Part shown: positions 26,556 to 35,570 of the stretch, one piece after another | How positions within the stretch are numbered: position 1 is the stretch's first letter | How the letters are laid out: the number at the start of each line of letters is the position of its first letter | Sequence record: NC_061440.1 | DNA: 64,000 nt | Reading direction: 5' to 3' (one strand) | Notes under the pieces: model-generated | Database searches by the model: none | What the model was told of the DNA's origin: nothing | The model's input: the letters and a program-made list of their open reading frames with translations, nothing else | Translations under genes and position numbers: made by a program

Positions 26556-27138
26556 AGGGTTTGATTTAGATATCTGCCCTGTGTCGCGTGACGACGATTG
26601 GTGGTCATTGAGTCCTTTCTATCTTGGGCCTTGTCGTACACCGAGCGGTATTATGTTCCACAACATGGAGAACATGTGGCAGTATAGCAAGGTGTACGAA
26701 GAACACCTCGTCAACTCGAATGATTTGTTTCACGGCGAAGTATCTGCCGAGTGGTGGGAGTGGCATTTGAAAGGCAGTACAACCGAACAGGCGCATCGCT
26801 ATCCAGCGGGTAAGGGTCGAAAGGCCCTGTTCTCGAAATGGGGCGACTTGCGCCTTTCGTACATTCCCGCACGAAAACAAATCTACGTGCCTGAATATGC
26901 GAAGCTGGTAATCCACAAGCCGAAGTTTAAACGCCTGCTCAAGGATTATAAGAAAGGTGCCAAGATAGTCCTCAGAGATTATGACACCTACGATATTCAA
27001 AAGGCATATCCAGATTCTCGTAGCCCGTGGTTGTCTGCCATCCAAAACGAGAATGCAAAGTTCGGCCATGCGTTCGTCATTGCATTGGCCTTGATGTTCC
27101 ACGAACGACCACTATGGTATAATCAATGGGTAATCTGA
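26506..27138 (+). CDS. NADAR-superfamily-like protein
   Basis: LSPFY, MENMWQYSKVY (cf. YbiA xEHYFQAxKF), C-terminal FGHAFVIALAL; GGAGG RBS before 26506. Confidence 0.55.
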   Translation: MSIGLVKVVGLKDKAPKGFDLDICPVSRDDDWWSLSPFYLGPCRTPSGIMFHNMENMWQYSKVYEEHLVNSNDLFHGEVSAEWWEWHLKGSTTEQAHRYPAGKGRKALFSKWGDLRLSYIPARKQIYVPEYAKLVIHKPKFKRLLKDYKKGAKIVLRDYDTYDIQKAYPDSRSPWLSAIQNENAKFGHAFVIALALMFHERPLWYNQWVI

Positions 27139-27446
27139 CCAGATACGTAGCCTGCATTGAGTTGTCTACCCGCGAAGGAAATATGAATCTGCCGATTCTA
27201 CCTCGCTGTGAACTACAAGCATTTGTTCTTGATGGACACACGCAGACTAAAGTGCCTATCAAACTTAATGCCACAAACGTCATCAATGTGGCGGGCAAAA
27301 CGTGTGGTAGTCTGCAATGGTTTGATTGTGTGAATCTGCTCATATGGTCATCGTTTGATCCTGGCCGGTTTACGCTGTATATTGAACGTGCTTTCAAAAC
27401 AGACGAGACTACAGACGACCAGCAATCTGCTGAACTCTGCAAATAA
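27126..27446 (+). CDS. hypothetical protein (106 aa)
   Basis: Ends AELCK inside the promoter box. Confidence 0.6.
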   Translation: MGNLTRYVACIELSTREGNMNLPILPRCELQAFVLDGHTQTKVPIKLNATNVINVAGKTCGSLQWFDCVNLLIWSSFDPGRFTLYIERAFKTDETTDDQQSAELCK

Positions 27447-27491
27447 TAGGCTAAAATAGCCATTCAGTCAGATACGCTCCTATGATATACT
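27433..27491 (+). promoter_or_regulatory. conserved phage promoter, copy 3
   Basis: AACTCTGCAAATAATAGG-CTAAAAT, 25 nt, TG-A-TATACT. Confidence 0.8.
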
Positions 27492-27537
27492 ATACGTGAG
27501 CGCAGTGCTCATTACAACTAACGCTGAGGAGCGTATC

Positions 27538-27987
27538 ATGACTACTTTATCTATCACTGATTTGAAAACCCCTGCTGAGTTTACTACTCACCTGACTTTC
27601 GGTCACATGGAAGAACTGCGGGCCAGCCTCGAACGCGCCTTAAATCGTGCCGACCTTGAGGTGTATGTTGATTGTGATTCTAACTACACACTCGAAGAAG
27701 CAAACACCGACGGTCCTGACCAGCTGGTGGGCGATCATGAATGTATTAACGTTCACGTTCGTTATGCAGGTATGTCGTTCGATGAAGCGACGGCGAAAGG
27801 CGTGTGGGATATTTTACTGCAAACCCCGCACGAAGATAACAGCATGTCCGAGTGGTCTAACTCATACATCATGTATGTGGCCGATGAAAACCTCGACGCG
27901 CTGGAAGAAGTGACGATAGAAAACGGGAATCCTCGTATGATGGAAACTCTCGTTGATCGTATTAACTACTGGCTGCCAAAACTCTAA
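27538..27987 (+). CDS. hypothetical acidic protein
   Basis: GAGG-loop RBS (ACGCT-GAGG-AGCGT) supports ATG 27538. Confidence 0.8.
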   Translation: MTTLSITDLKTPAEFTTHLTFGHMEELRASLERALNRADLEVYVDCDSNYTLEEANTDGPDQLVGDHECINVHVRYAGMSFDEATAKGVWDILLQTPHEDNSMSEWSNSYIMYVADENLDALEEVTIENGNPRMMETLVDRINYWLPKL

Positions 27988-27989
27988 GC

Positions 27990-28028
27990 GATTTGTGAAG
28001 GGCATTTGCGAGTGCCCTTTGAAAATCA
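27990..28028 (+). repeat. terminator-like cassette repeated at 28372..28412
   Basis: GATTTGTGAAGGGCATT-(TG or CCAA)-CGAGTGCCCTTTGAAAATCA. Confidence 0.9.
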
Positions 28029-28053
28029 AACACCATAAGCTGAGGAGCTTAAC

Positions 28054-28371
28054 ATGTCATCTTCTACCACTCTGACTTTCATCTTCCCAGAAATGACCAC
28101 TCTGGAAGTATCTATCGGTAATGGCATTGTGCCTGCGTATCTGGGTCTCGCAGAAAATAGAGACATAACATTCAGCGACGTTAAGGCGCTGCGTCTGATG
28201 GGTGACTCAAACATCGTGGGTGCCATGTCACGCTTCGACCAGTCGATGTTGAATCTGCTGATTGACCGTCACATCTCACATGAGAATGTTCGCTGCCGTG
28301 ACGCCATAGACGCGGGCACCGAGCACTTCCCGTCTACTTGTCTTTATCTGAAAGTAGCGCACCACCGCTAA
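28054..28371 (+). CDS. hypothetical protein (105 aa)
   Basis: GAGG-loop RBS. Confidence 0.75.
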   Translation: MSSSTTLTFIFPEMTTLEVSIGNGIVPAYLGLAENRDITFSDVKALRLMGDSNIVGAMSRFDQSMLNLLIDRHISHENVRCRDAIDAGTEHFPSTCLYLKVAHHR

Positions 28372-28436
28372 GATTTGTGAAGGGCATTCCAACGAGTGCC
28401 CTTTGAAAATCACAACCTGTTCTGAGGAGAACAACA

Positions 28437-28790
28437 ATGCCAGCAACTGAATTGCCTATCGACGCCCGTGCTTTTGATGACCTGAGCAATAACAACTTCC
28501 TGCAAGTGTGCAACGCGATCTCTTTCTGCGTGTCTCGCGGTGATCTTGAGTTTCGTCATCATATCAAAGGTCGCCACATCGACGTTGCGTATCGCGCTGG
28601 TGGTAACAACGTTTTTGGTATCAGCACCGTTCGCATCCTGATGCCGTCCGAAGTTCTGCGTGAAGATATCGTAGAAGACTTCGAAATCATTCACGGCGAT
28701 GCAATCATTCAGATTGAACGCCAGAAAGATTCGTTCTCGACGTTGCAACGTATCGCTGGTGCAGTCGAAGCATGTATGCCTAAGAAGTGA
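28437..28790 (+). CDS. hypothetical protein (117 aa)
   Basis: GAGG-loop RBS. Confidence 0.75.
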   Translation: MPATELPIDARAFDDLSNNNFLQVCNAISFCVSRGDLEFRHHIKGRHIDVAYRAGGNNVFGISTVRILMPSEVLREDIVEDFEIIHGDAIIQIERQKDSFSTLQRIAGAVEACMPKK

Positions 28791-28834
28791 TTGTTGCTCG
28801 CAGGTTCTTACGAGAGCCTGCTGTCAACATAACC

Positions 28835-28858
28835 CCATAAGCTGAGGAGCTTAACATG
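28835..28858 (+). repeat. 24-bp leader identical to 28033..28056
   Basis: CCATAAGCTGAGGAGCTTAACATG in both places. Confidence 0.95.
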
Positions 28859-29263
28859 AAACAATATCCACAACGCGGCCGTGTGTACACGCTGAAAGAA
28901 ATCGAAAACGAACTGGAACTGCGTGACAGCCCGTTCCTGCGTTTCGTACCGCAGAAAGTTCGTCTGCTTGGTGAGAAAGAAGCTGGCATTCAGGTAATAC
29001 AGCAATCGCACCTCGCTAACCTGTCTGACGTTGAAGGTTGGGCAGACACCAAGTGGGCGTATGTACGCGAGACCGAAGAGTGGATTCCGCTTTTCCGTGC
29101 AGTTGACGACGCTGAGATTGAGGCTCTCTGTGTTATCGAGCCTGACACGTCTGAGTTTCGTTCGTGTGATGGTATGTTCATCTACCCGAAAGGTGCGGTG
29201 TGCAGGCAGTACACGCCTTATGACAAAAAGATTCACGGCGATCTGCTGGTGGCAGTAGAATAA
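28856..29263 (+). CDS. hypothetical protein (135 aa)
   Basis: GAGG-loop RBS. Confidence 0.75.
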   Translation: MKQYPQRGRVYTLKEIENELELRDSPFLRFVPQKVRLLGEKEAGIQVIQQSHLANLSDVEGWADTKWAYVRETEEWIPLFRAVDDAEIEALCVIEPDTSEFRSCDGMFIYPKGAVCRQYTPYDKKIHGDLLVAVE

Positions 29264-29270
29264 CAAAACA

Positions 29271-29300
29271 GGGATGCTCACCTTCGTGAGCATCCCATTT
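29271..29300 (+). terminator. intrinsic terminator
   Basis: GGGATGCTCAC-CTTC-GTGAGCATCCC, 11-bp stem. Confidence 0.75.
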
Positions 29301-29319
29301 CTCATTTAAGGACAAATCT

Positions 29320-29829
29320 ATGATTCCCGAAATCACCCACATCTTCAACGTAATGATGACCAGCCTGAAAGACGTTCGCAGTGTTGAGCGTCTGCATCTC
29401 ATTAACAAGAGCGCCGTGCGTTTTCACCTTAAAGGTAAACAGTATGACGTGCGTGGTCAGTACCCGCTGTTTTCTGTTCACGAAATCGAAGGCGCCATTA
29501 TGTCCTACTCACGGGCAGCCAAAGAGATTGAATCCCAACTCAATGGTGAACCTATCGAAGAAGTCGAAGACAACACGCATGACGCAGCACTGGACGATGT
29601 GCTGATCGCTCATGTTGACAACATGGCCGAAGATCGTGTTCGCGCATACAATGAAGAATGCGGCGGCCCTGACTTAGACCCAATCAATATGCAGCGCACT
29701 TGGCTAAAGACCCACTTTCTGCATATAGGCCACAACACACCTGACCTGTTAGAGACCGTGCTGTACATGGAAGGAAAAGAACGGAGAGAAGAACTGGCGA
29801 AAGCTATTAAGGGGGTATTATGTTTTTAG
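29320..29829 (+). CDS. hypothetical protein (169 aa)
   Basis: AAGGA RBS. Confidence 0.7.
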   Translation: MIPEITHIFNVMMTSLKDVRSVERLHLINKSAVRFHLKGKQYDVRGQYPLFSVHEIEGAIMSYSRAAKEIESQLNGEPIEEVEDNTHDAALDDVLIAHVDNMAEDRVRAYNEECGGPDLDPINMQRTWLKTHFLHIGHNTPDLLETVLYMEGKERREELAKAIKGVLCF

Positions 29830-30101
29830 CGTGGTTTAAATATCTGCGCGCCAAGAAACGCAACAAGTTCATGGCAGAAGTCGTGTCGGCAATTGCTAAA
29901 TTGAATCAACGCGACCGTGACCTGTTGTGTCGTGCATTCAGTCTACCTGCAACTGCTGACGGTCTGTTTACGTTGACGAACATGCCACGCAAAGATTTGG
30001 CTAAGCAGTGCAATCAGTATTACGCCCGTGTGTCGGGCAATAAATGGAACGTGTACGATGCGTTCTGCAAAGTCATTCATACCGCAAGAAAAGGAAAGTA
30101 A
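29820..30101 (+). CDS. hypothetical protein (93 aa)
   Basis: GGGGG RBS; overlaps previous stop. Confidence 0.6.
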   Translation: MFLAWFKYLRAKKRNKFMAEVVSAIAKLNQRDRDLLCRAFSLPATADGLFTLTNMPRKDLAKQCNQYYARVSGNKWNVYDAFCKVIHTARKGK

Positions 30102-30103
30102 CC

Positions 30104-30544
30104 ATGAACGAAATAGATATTCTGATCCGTGAGTTCTCTCGGGCGTATCTGAAAGCAGAAGCATCACCTTTCGGTAACGTCGCATATCACGTACAAGACC
30201 AAACAGACGGCCTGAAAAACATTGCACTCTATCTGCGTTTTCGTTCTGGCCCGCAGGCTCTTTGGCAGCGTCCGTGTTTGGTGCTCGCCACAATTGATGT
30301 TCGTGACTCGGGTAAAGGTACATTCAGTGAGTTGCTTCGCCGCACAAAAGACCTGTGCCGCGAACGTGACTGGATTCTTCAAATTGAAAACGTCCTGACT
30401 CCGCAGTTCAGGAAGTTCTTGCAGCGTGGTGGCTTCAAGCCGTTCGGTGTAGATAAAGATGTACCATTCGGTAGTCTCTACTGGTTCCACGACGAGGCAA
30501 TCCCGCAGCAATGTGCGATGTACCCAGAGAGGGCACACCCATGA
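30104..30544 (+). CDS. GNAT-fold acetyltransferase-like protein
   Basis: LATIDVRDSGKGTFSELL (motif A) and IENV...FLQRGGF (motif B). Confidence 0.6.
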   Translation: MNEIDILIREFSRAYLKAEASPFGNVAYHVQDQTDGLKNIALYLRFRSGPQALWQRPCLVLATIDVRDSGKGTFSELLRRTKDLCRERDWILQIENVLTPQFRKFLQRGGFKPFGVDKDVPFGSLYWFHDEAIPQQCAMYPERAHP

Positions 30545-30981
30545 TTAACTGGCCTGTAGTTCTCTGTGGATTCTTTCCACTGATTGCCTGCTACATAACA
30601 ATCCCGTGGTTCCGTGCTGCTGTTAACCGTAGACTGACGTTCAAGCCATTCGACTACGATGCGCTTGACGAGATACTGACTGACGGCATGCCTGAGAAGT
30701 TGACGATCTCCTGTCTACAGGCTACGTACCGCGTCAACTCACCTGCGCATTCGCACATTGATATTTACGCGCACAAGGACAACGTTGCTGTTGTTCGAAT
30801 GCTGGTGGACCCTAACTTCCCGATAGCACGTTGCTTCCATGACGTGTTGAACGCGAACATAAACGCATTCGCCGTGAAGTCACATAGACCACCGACACTC
30901 ATAATCAATCAGTGTCTCTATCCTGTCGTTGAATATGAGTATGACGATCAGTATCTGTTGATTTACCTTAAACATAAGTAA
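30541..30981 (+). CDS. hypothetical protein with N-terminal hydrophobic segment
   Basis: WPVVLCGFFPLIACYITIPW. Confidence 0.6.
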   Translation: MINWPVVLCGFFPLIACYITIPWFRAAVNRRLTFKPFDYDALDEILTDGMPEKLTISCLQATYRVNSPAHSHIDIYAHKDNVAVVRMLVDPNFPIARCFHDVLNANINAFAVKSHRPPTLIINQCLYPVVEYEYDDQYLLIYLKHK

Positions 30982-30990
30982 GGGACTATC

Positions 30991-31290
30991 ATGGTCACCC
31001 AACAACAACTATCGGAGTTTGCGCGACTGCCTACACTGCACCGTAAAGTGATACTTCGCAGTATGCAGGTTGAGATGTTGGGTGCCTTGCCTGAGCTTAC
31101 TGACATTGTGCGTGAAATGCTTTATCGTGCAATTGTCGTTGATGTAGCTCAAGCTGAACTGGCACTCCTTGCTGCTCGCCAAATGTGTGAGAATAAGGAC
31201 GTTCGTAAAAGCATTGATGACCTACTTCAATTCGCTGCGCGTCTGCATGACGTTGCAACTGATAACTTTCTTTCTGGAGATTTACTATGA
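30991..31290 (+). CDS. hypothetical helical protein (99 aa)
   Basis: AAGGGA RBS. Confidence 0.65.
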   Translation: MVTQQQLSEFARLPTLHRKVILRSMQVEMLGALPELTDIVREMLYRAIVVDVAQAELALLAARQMCENKDVRKSIDDLLQFAARLHDVATDNFLSGDLL

Positions 31291-32351
31291 ATAAGACCGT
31301 TGGCCTGATGATTGATGAAGACGTAATGAATTGGCTGGACATGCTGCTTGCTGGTGAACTAAGCAACGTCTTGGGTGCGTTGAACAATATCGTGTACGCT
31401 CGCCGTCAGGAACTGTCTGTCGAACGTCTGACCGAAGACGAAGACATTGGTGCTCTCTCCCACAAGGAGCTGGAGATCATTCTGCGTTACGCTGCGCCTA
31501 ACCATGAGTACGATACGTCGGTGCTGTCGAACGAACAACTGCTCCGCCTGGCGATGGACGCACAAGGGATCATCTCGTACACACTGCCGTGTCACTGTTC
31601 ACCTATCATGGTTAAACGTGCTTTCGCTAACGGCAACGTGTGCTCACTGCTTGGTGGTTTCTCTAATCGTGCTGATATTGTCATGGCTGTTCACCACTGG
31701 GAATGCGGTCTGTCTAACATCTCGCTCGATGGTGTAACTGGCAACGACGAACGCCCAGACGAACAGGGCATGTACCTGTGCTACGATGAGCACAAGCAAG
31801 TTCGATACGGTCGCCTGTTCAAGAACGCCAACGATGGATGGACATTCAGTGAGTATTATTCTGCTGGTGGATCTACTACGTGGCTTGAAGCGAGTCCAAA
31901 CAATGCGCTTGATGGCGACGACCTGCCAATCAGTCTGCTTTCTAACTGGGTATTCGTTGTTCCAGATCGTTCACCGTCTATCCTCAAACCTGCTGAGGGG
32001 TTCAAACGCCTGTCTGATACACAACGCATCTTCCTGTATCTGCGTAGCCTGAGTCCTCACGTTAAAGCTGAGATCGTCGCACACTTCGACGGCGTTCTGG
32101 ACAATCGATCATTCACCTCTGTCGATCAGATTGGTCGCCTGACCGAGAAAGACTGGCGCGATGCTGCAATTGCTATCGGTGAAGAAGAACGCGGCCAAGA
32201 AGGCGTTCACTACTGGGATGATCGTAGTGCGTGGGCTTGCTTCGTCGCTGTGCTTAATGCTCTGTGCTTCGACATGGACACACGCGACTTCCAACCGCAG
32301 TATGAATATCAGGCTAACGATGACACTATGGAAGAAGACAACAATGGCTAA
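31287..32351 (+). CDS. hypothetical protein (354 aa) with Rho-N-like segment
   Basis: GGAG RBS; IGALSHKELEIILR...LSNEQLLRLA. Confidence 0.75.
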   Translation: MNKTVGLMIDEDVMNWLDMLLAGELSNVLGALNNIVYARRQELSVERLTEDEDIGALSHKELEIILRYAAPNHEYDTSVLSNEQLLRLAMDAQGIISYTLPCHCSPIMVKRAFANGNVCSLLGGFSNRADIVMAVHHWECGLSNISLDGVTGNDERPDEQGMYLCYDEHKQVRYGRLFKNANDGWTFSEYYSAGGSTTWLEASPNNALDGDDLPISLLSNWVFVVPDRSPSILKPAEGFKRLSDTQRIFLYLRSLSPHVKAEIVAHFDGVLDNRSFTSVDQIGRLTEKDWRDAAIAIGEEERGQEGVHYWDDRSAWACFVAVLNALCFDMDTRDFQPQYEYQANDDTMEEDNNG

Positions 32352-32877
32352 ATCACTCGGCGTATACATGACTTACATTCTGCGACACAAGCCGCAGGAT
32401 ATCGGAATCGCAATGGACACCCAGGGTTGGGTGTCTGTTCTGGACTTCTTGCAGAAAGCGAAGTATGTGAAACAGGTCACTCTCGAAATGCTGATTGCCG
32501 AAGTTGAGGCGGACGAGAAAGGCCGTTTCGAGTTCAACTCTAACCGTTCCAAGATTCGTTGTGTGCAGGGACATTCGGTTGAGAACGTTATTCTGCATCT
32601 CGAACCGTTCACCGACCTTGCGCCTCTATATCACGGTACGGCTGATAAGAACGTGGCGTCAATCATGCACGAAGGTATCACGAAGCGGAAACGCAAACAC
32701 GTCCACATCAGCCGTGAGATCGAAACAGCCGAGAACGTTGGTCGTCGTCACGGTGCACCTGTTGTGTTTCAGATTGATACACAGGCAATGATCACTCACG
32801 GCTATAAGTTTTACCTCGCCGAGAATGGAGTCATCCTGACCGACCACGTACCGTCCAGATATATAAAGTTGGTGTGA
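32344..32877 (+). CDS. kptA: RNA 2'-phosphotransferase (KptA/Tpt1)
   Basis: YILRH, MDTQGWV, KGRFE, KIRCVQGHS, LYHGT, RKHVHIS, GRRHG, AENGVILT. Confidence 0.95.
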   Translation: MAKSLGVYMTYILRHKPQDIGIAMDTQGWVSVLDFLQKAKYVKQVTLEMLIAEVEADEKGRFEFNSNRSKIRCVQGHSVENVILHLEPFTDLAPLYHGTADKNVASIMHEGITKRKRKHVHISREIETAENVGRRHGAPVVFQIDTQAMITHGYKFYLAENGVILTDHVPSRYIKLV

Positions 32878-32878
32878 T

Positions 32879-33280
32879 ATGGAAAAGACGTACATGACAC
32901 ATTGGGGTTCGCGTTACGTGCGAGCTCCGTCCGGTAAGTGGTATTCAGTTCATGGACGTGAAGGTACTTGGGTAACGAACCGCTATGGTACCTCATTCTA
33001 TCGTAGCGGTTCGGAGGTATGGCGGGACATAACTATTGCGGATCGTGAGTCGCTGGAACGTGAGCTAATCAAACGTACCAACGAAGACTACACCGAGCAA
33101 AAGCGTAGGTATGACTACTGGGGAAGACTGGTGCGAGCGATTGCTCGTCAGTCGGAAGAGGAGAAGAATGAGCATACGGCAGAGCTTGCCGGGATGATTG
33201 AAGCGCTTAGACAGACTTTCTATGGACAGAAGGTACAGCAACTAAGCACAATTCTGGACGAAATAGCCGTTAAGAAGTAG
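32879..33280 (+). CDS. hypothetical protein (133 aa)
   Basis: Coupled ORF. Confidence 0.65.
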   Translation: MEKTYMTHWGSRYVRAPSGKWYSVHGREGTWVTNRYGTSFYRSGSEVWRDITIADRESLERELIKRTNEDYTEQKRRYDYWGRLVRAIARQSEEEKNEHTAELAGMIEALRQTFYGQKVQQLSTILDEIAVKK

Positions 33281-33298
33281 ACTAATTCGTGATACAAT
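33246..33298 (+). promoter_or_regulatory. conserved phage promoter, copy 4
   Basis: GCACAATTCTGG-ACGAAAT, 25 nt, TG-A-TACAAT. Confidence 0.65.
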
Positions 33299-33347
33299 AA
33301 AGACGAACGCTAGACAGTCGTTTAGCTACTTACATGAGGATATGTAT

Positions 33348-33677
33348 ATGAAAAAGTCAAAAGTTGAAGTTGTTGCGCCAACAATCGAAGGTCGCATTTT
33401 TACTCTGTACGGTGTTGGTCCTGTGCCTGACGAATCGACCACACCATTCGCAGGTCGTGATTCATTCTTACCTCTGCTTCATAAAGTTCAGGAGAGTTCT
33501 AAGCTGGAACGTATTCGTGGTTTATCCTGTTGTCCGTATTGCCGAGAAACGATGATGCTCGGTGAATACACCAAAGACAACTGGCTGTGGTCATATTCAT
33601 ACCAACATATGATCGAACACCACAACGTAACGCCGTCCGCAGAATTTATTGCATACGTCGAAGCCGCTTCCAAGTAA
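33348..33677 (+). CDS. small putative metal-binding protein
   Basis: RGLSCCPYC...W.W...HMIEHHNV.P..EF. Confidence 0.7.
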   Translation: MKKSKVEVVAPTIEGRIFTLYGVGPVPDESTTPFAGRDSFLPLLHKVQESSKLERIRGLSCCPYCRETMMLGEYTKDNWLWSYSYQHMIEHHNVTPSAEFIAYVEAASK

Positions 33678-33697
33678 CCTGAACTCCGCATGAGGAC

Positions 33698-35194
33698 ATG
33701 AATATGAAAAACATTAAACACACTTTCCGACTGACAGACCTTGTACGCATCTCCAAAACCCTGCTTCCTGGTCTGAATAAATCCACCGCAGGCCTTGAGG
33801 CGATTGTTGTTGGTCGCACCACAGGTCTTATGTACCAGTTACACATTAAAGGTCAAGGTGAAGTAGACAACTTTTATCCACAGGAAACATTGAGTCTGAT
33901 TAGCCACAACAACGGCGAACTGCTTGACCAGTGGGAAGCGGGTGACTATGGCCGTGACAAGAAAAAGAAACGCAAGATCCCAAAAGAACTGCGTAACTTC
34001 ACGGCAATCCTGCCTGTGACCTGCAATGCCGATTGTTCGTTCTGTCCTGAGAAAGAGATGGAGCAGAAAGCCAACCAGAAAGAGTGGCAAGATGGTTTGA
34101 TTGCCGAGATCAAACGCATGTACAAGAAAACGAAGTTCGACCACGTATCAATCAGCGGCGGCGAACCGACGTTGCGTACAAAGTTCCTGTTCGAAACGAT
34201 CGACCGTATTCAGAAAGAAACGCCGATCAAGAAAGTCGGTCTGACTTCTAACGGTCAGTTCCTTGAGAAACCAAACAGCACGTTCGACTTCTTAGACCGT
34301 AACACTGCGCCTGAGATGACCAGCAAGCTGTCGCATCTGAATATCAGTATGCACTCGTTCAACCGTGACCTTGCAAACAAGATCATGGGTGTGAACTACA
34401 AACAGACCCTGGAAGATTTAGTTCGCTTCCGCCGCCAGCTCGGCCGTGACGTTAGTTTCCACATTAACTTCGTGATCAATGACCAGACTGGTTCGATTAC
34501 GGAAGAGTTCAAACGCGCCGCTAACTTCATGCGAGCCAACCCGTTCATCGACGTTGTGTTCCGTGTTGACTACAACGATGTTGAACTGTCTAAGGCTCTG
34601 CGTGATTACGCTATGGAATATGAAGCGTATCTGACTAAGCTGCGTGATAATGCGAAGCGCCCTAAGAAGGGAATCATTCGTGAGCCGAAAGCACCGCATA
34701 TCGTTCAGAAGTTTGATCGCTTCTTCGGTGGCCAGAACCTTGAAGACGTTGAGAGCGCTTGGACTACAGGTTGCCCGTCATGCTTCACTCATGCGTCGAA
34801 CCCTGTCAATAACAGTCGTGCGTATTTGAAAGCGTCCTCGTATGAACCGAACGACGACGAAGAAGAATACACTGAGCTGGTGTACCACATGGACGGCGCT
34901 CTGTATTGGGATTGGACTCGCAATGACCCAGTAGCACTGCCGCGCTCAAAACGTTTCGACTTCGAAATGAAAGAAGAAGACTCTGTTACTGAGGGTCGCT
35001 GTTCATTCGGACCTGCTGCACCTCATCATTGTTCGTATGATTCAACTGGTACAACGGTCGCACCAAAAGCTGTGAAGAAACCTAAGAAGGTGGCACCTGC
35101 TAAGAAAGCGAAGAAAGTGGGTGGAAAAGTTTCGAGCGTTCCTGGTGCTGCACCTGGTGTTTGTGGCTACGGCAATAGTCGTTGTGGTTATTAA
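33698..35194 (+). CDS. radical SAM protein with SH3-like N-terminus and Cys-aromatic repeat tail
   Basis: CNADCSFC (CxxxCxxC), SISGGEPTL, LTSNG, LNISMHS. Confidence 0.9.
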   Translation: MNMKNIKHTFRLTDLVRISKTLLPGLNKSTAGLEAIVVGRTTGLMYQLHIKGQGEVDNFYPQETLSLISHNNGELLDQWEAGDYGRDKKKKRKIPKELRNFTAILPVTCNADCSFCPEKEMEQKANQKEWQDGLIAEIKRMYKKTKFDHVSISGGEPTLRTKFLFETIDRIQKETPIKKVGLTSNGQFLEKPNSTFDFLDRNTAPEMTSKLSHLNISMHSFNRDLANKIMGVNYKQTLEDLVRFRRQLGRDVSFHINFVINDQTGSITEEFKRAANFMRANPFIDVVFRVDYNDVELSKALRDYAMEYEAYLTKLRDNAKRPKKGIIREPKAPHIVQKFDRFFGGQNLEDVESAWTTGCPSCFTHASNPVNNSRAYLKASSYEPNDDEEEYTELVYHMDGALYWDWTRNDPVALPRSKRFDFEMKEEDSVTEGRCSFGPAAPHHCSYDSTGTTVAPKAVKKPKKVAPAKKAKKVGGKVSSVPGAAPGVCGYGNSRCGY

Positions 35195-35207
35195 GAGGAA
35201 AAATGAA

Positions 35208-35570
35208 ATGAATGAACGTCGCAACTATTACTATGACAGTCCGTTCTACTACGGACTGATCACTTGGCGCAAACGCCTGTTCATCGTCGTGGCCTTCTTT
35301 GTCTTCATCGTAATGTTTCATGCAGACAAACCTCCAGTCGTACACAATCAGTGGACGATAACTGCCATTATCTCTGGCCTGATGTTTGCTTTCTGCTATA
35401 TAAGAATGCGTATCTATGAAACGTATCTACTGGAGGCGATGGGTCCATTAGACAACAACACGGTTATCGGTAGCCTATCCTTCGAAGGACTTGAGCGCCG
35501 TCACGAACTTTGGTATGAAAAGAAGTTCGGACACAAGCCACCTAAGACTAACACATGGAGCATCGACTAA
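35208..35570 (+). CDS. membrane protein, two TM helices
   Basis: LFIVVAFFVFIVMF and WTITAIISGLMFAFCYI. Confidence 0.7.
   Translation: MNERRNYYYDSPFYYGLITWRKRLFIVVAFFVFIVMFHADKPPVVHNQWTITAIISGLMFAFCYIRMRIYETYLLEAMGPLDNNTVIGSLSFEGLERRHELWYEKKFGHKPPKTNTWSID

Noticed and set aside
22935-28858. Short repeats as a CRISPR array
   Set aside because: Only pairs of repeats separated by whole genes, not regularly spaced 30-40-nt spacers
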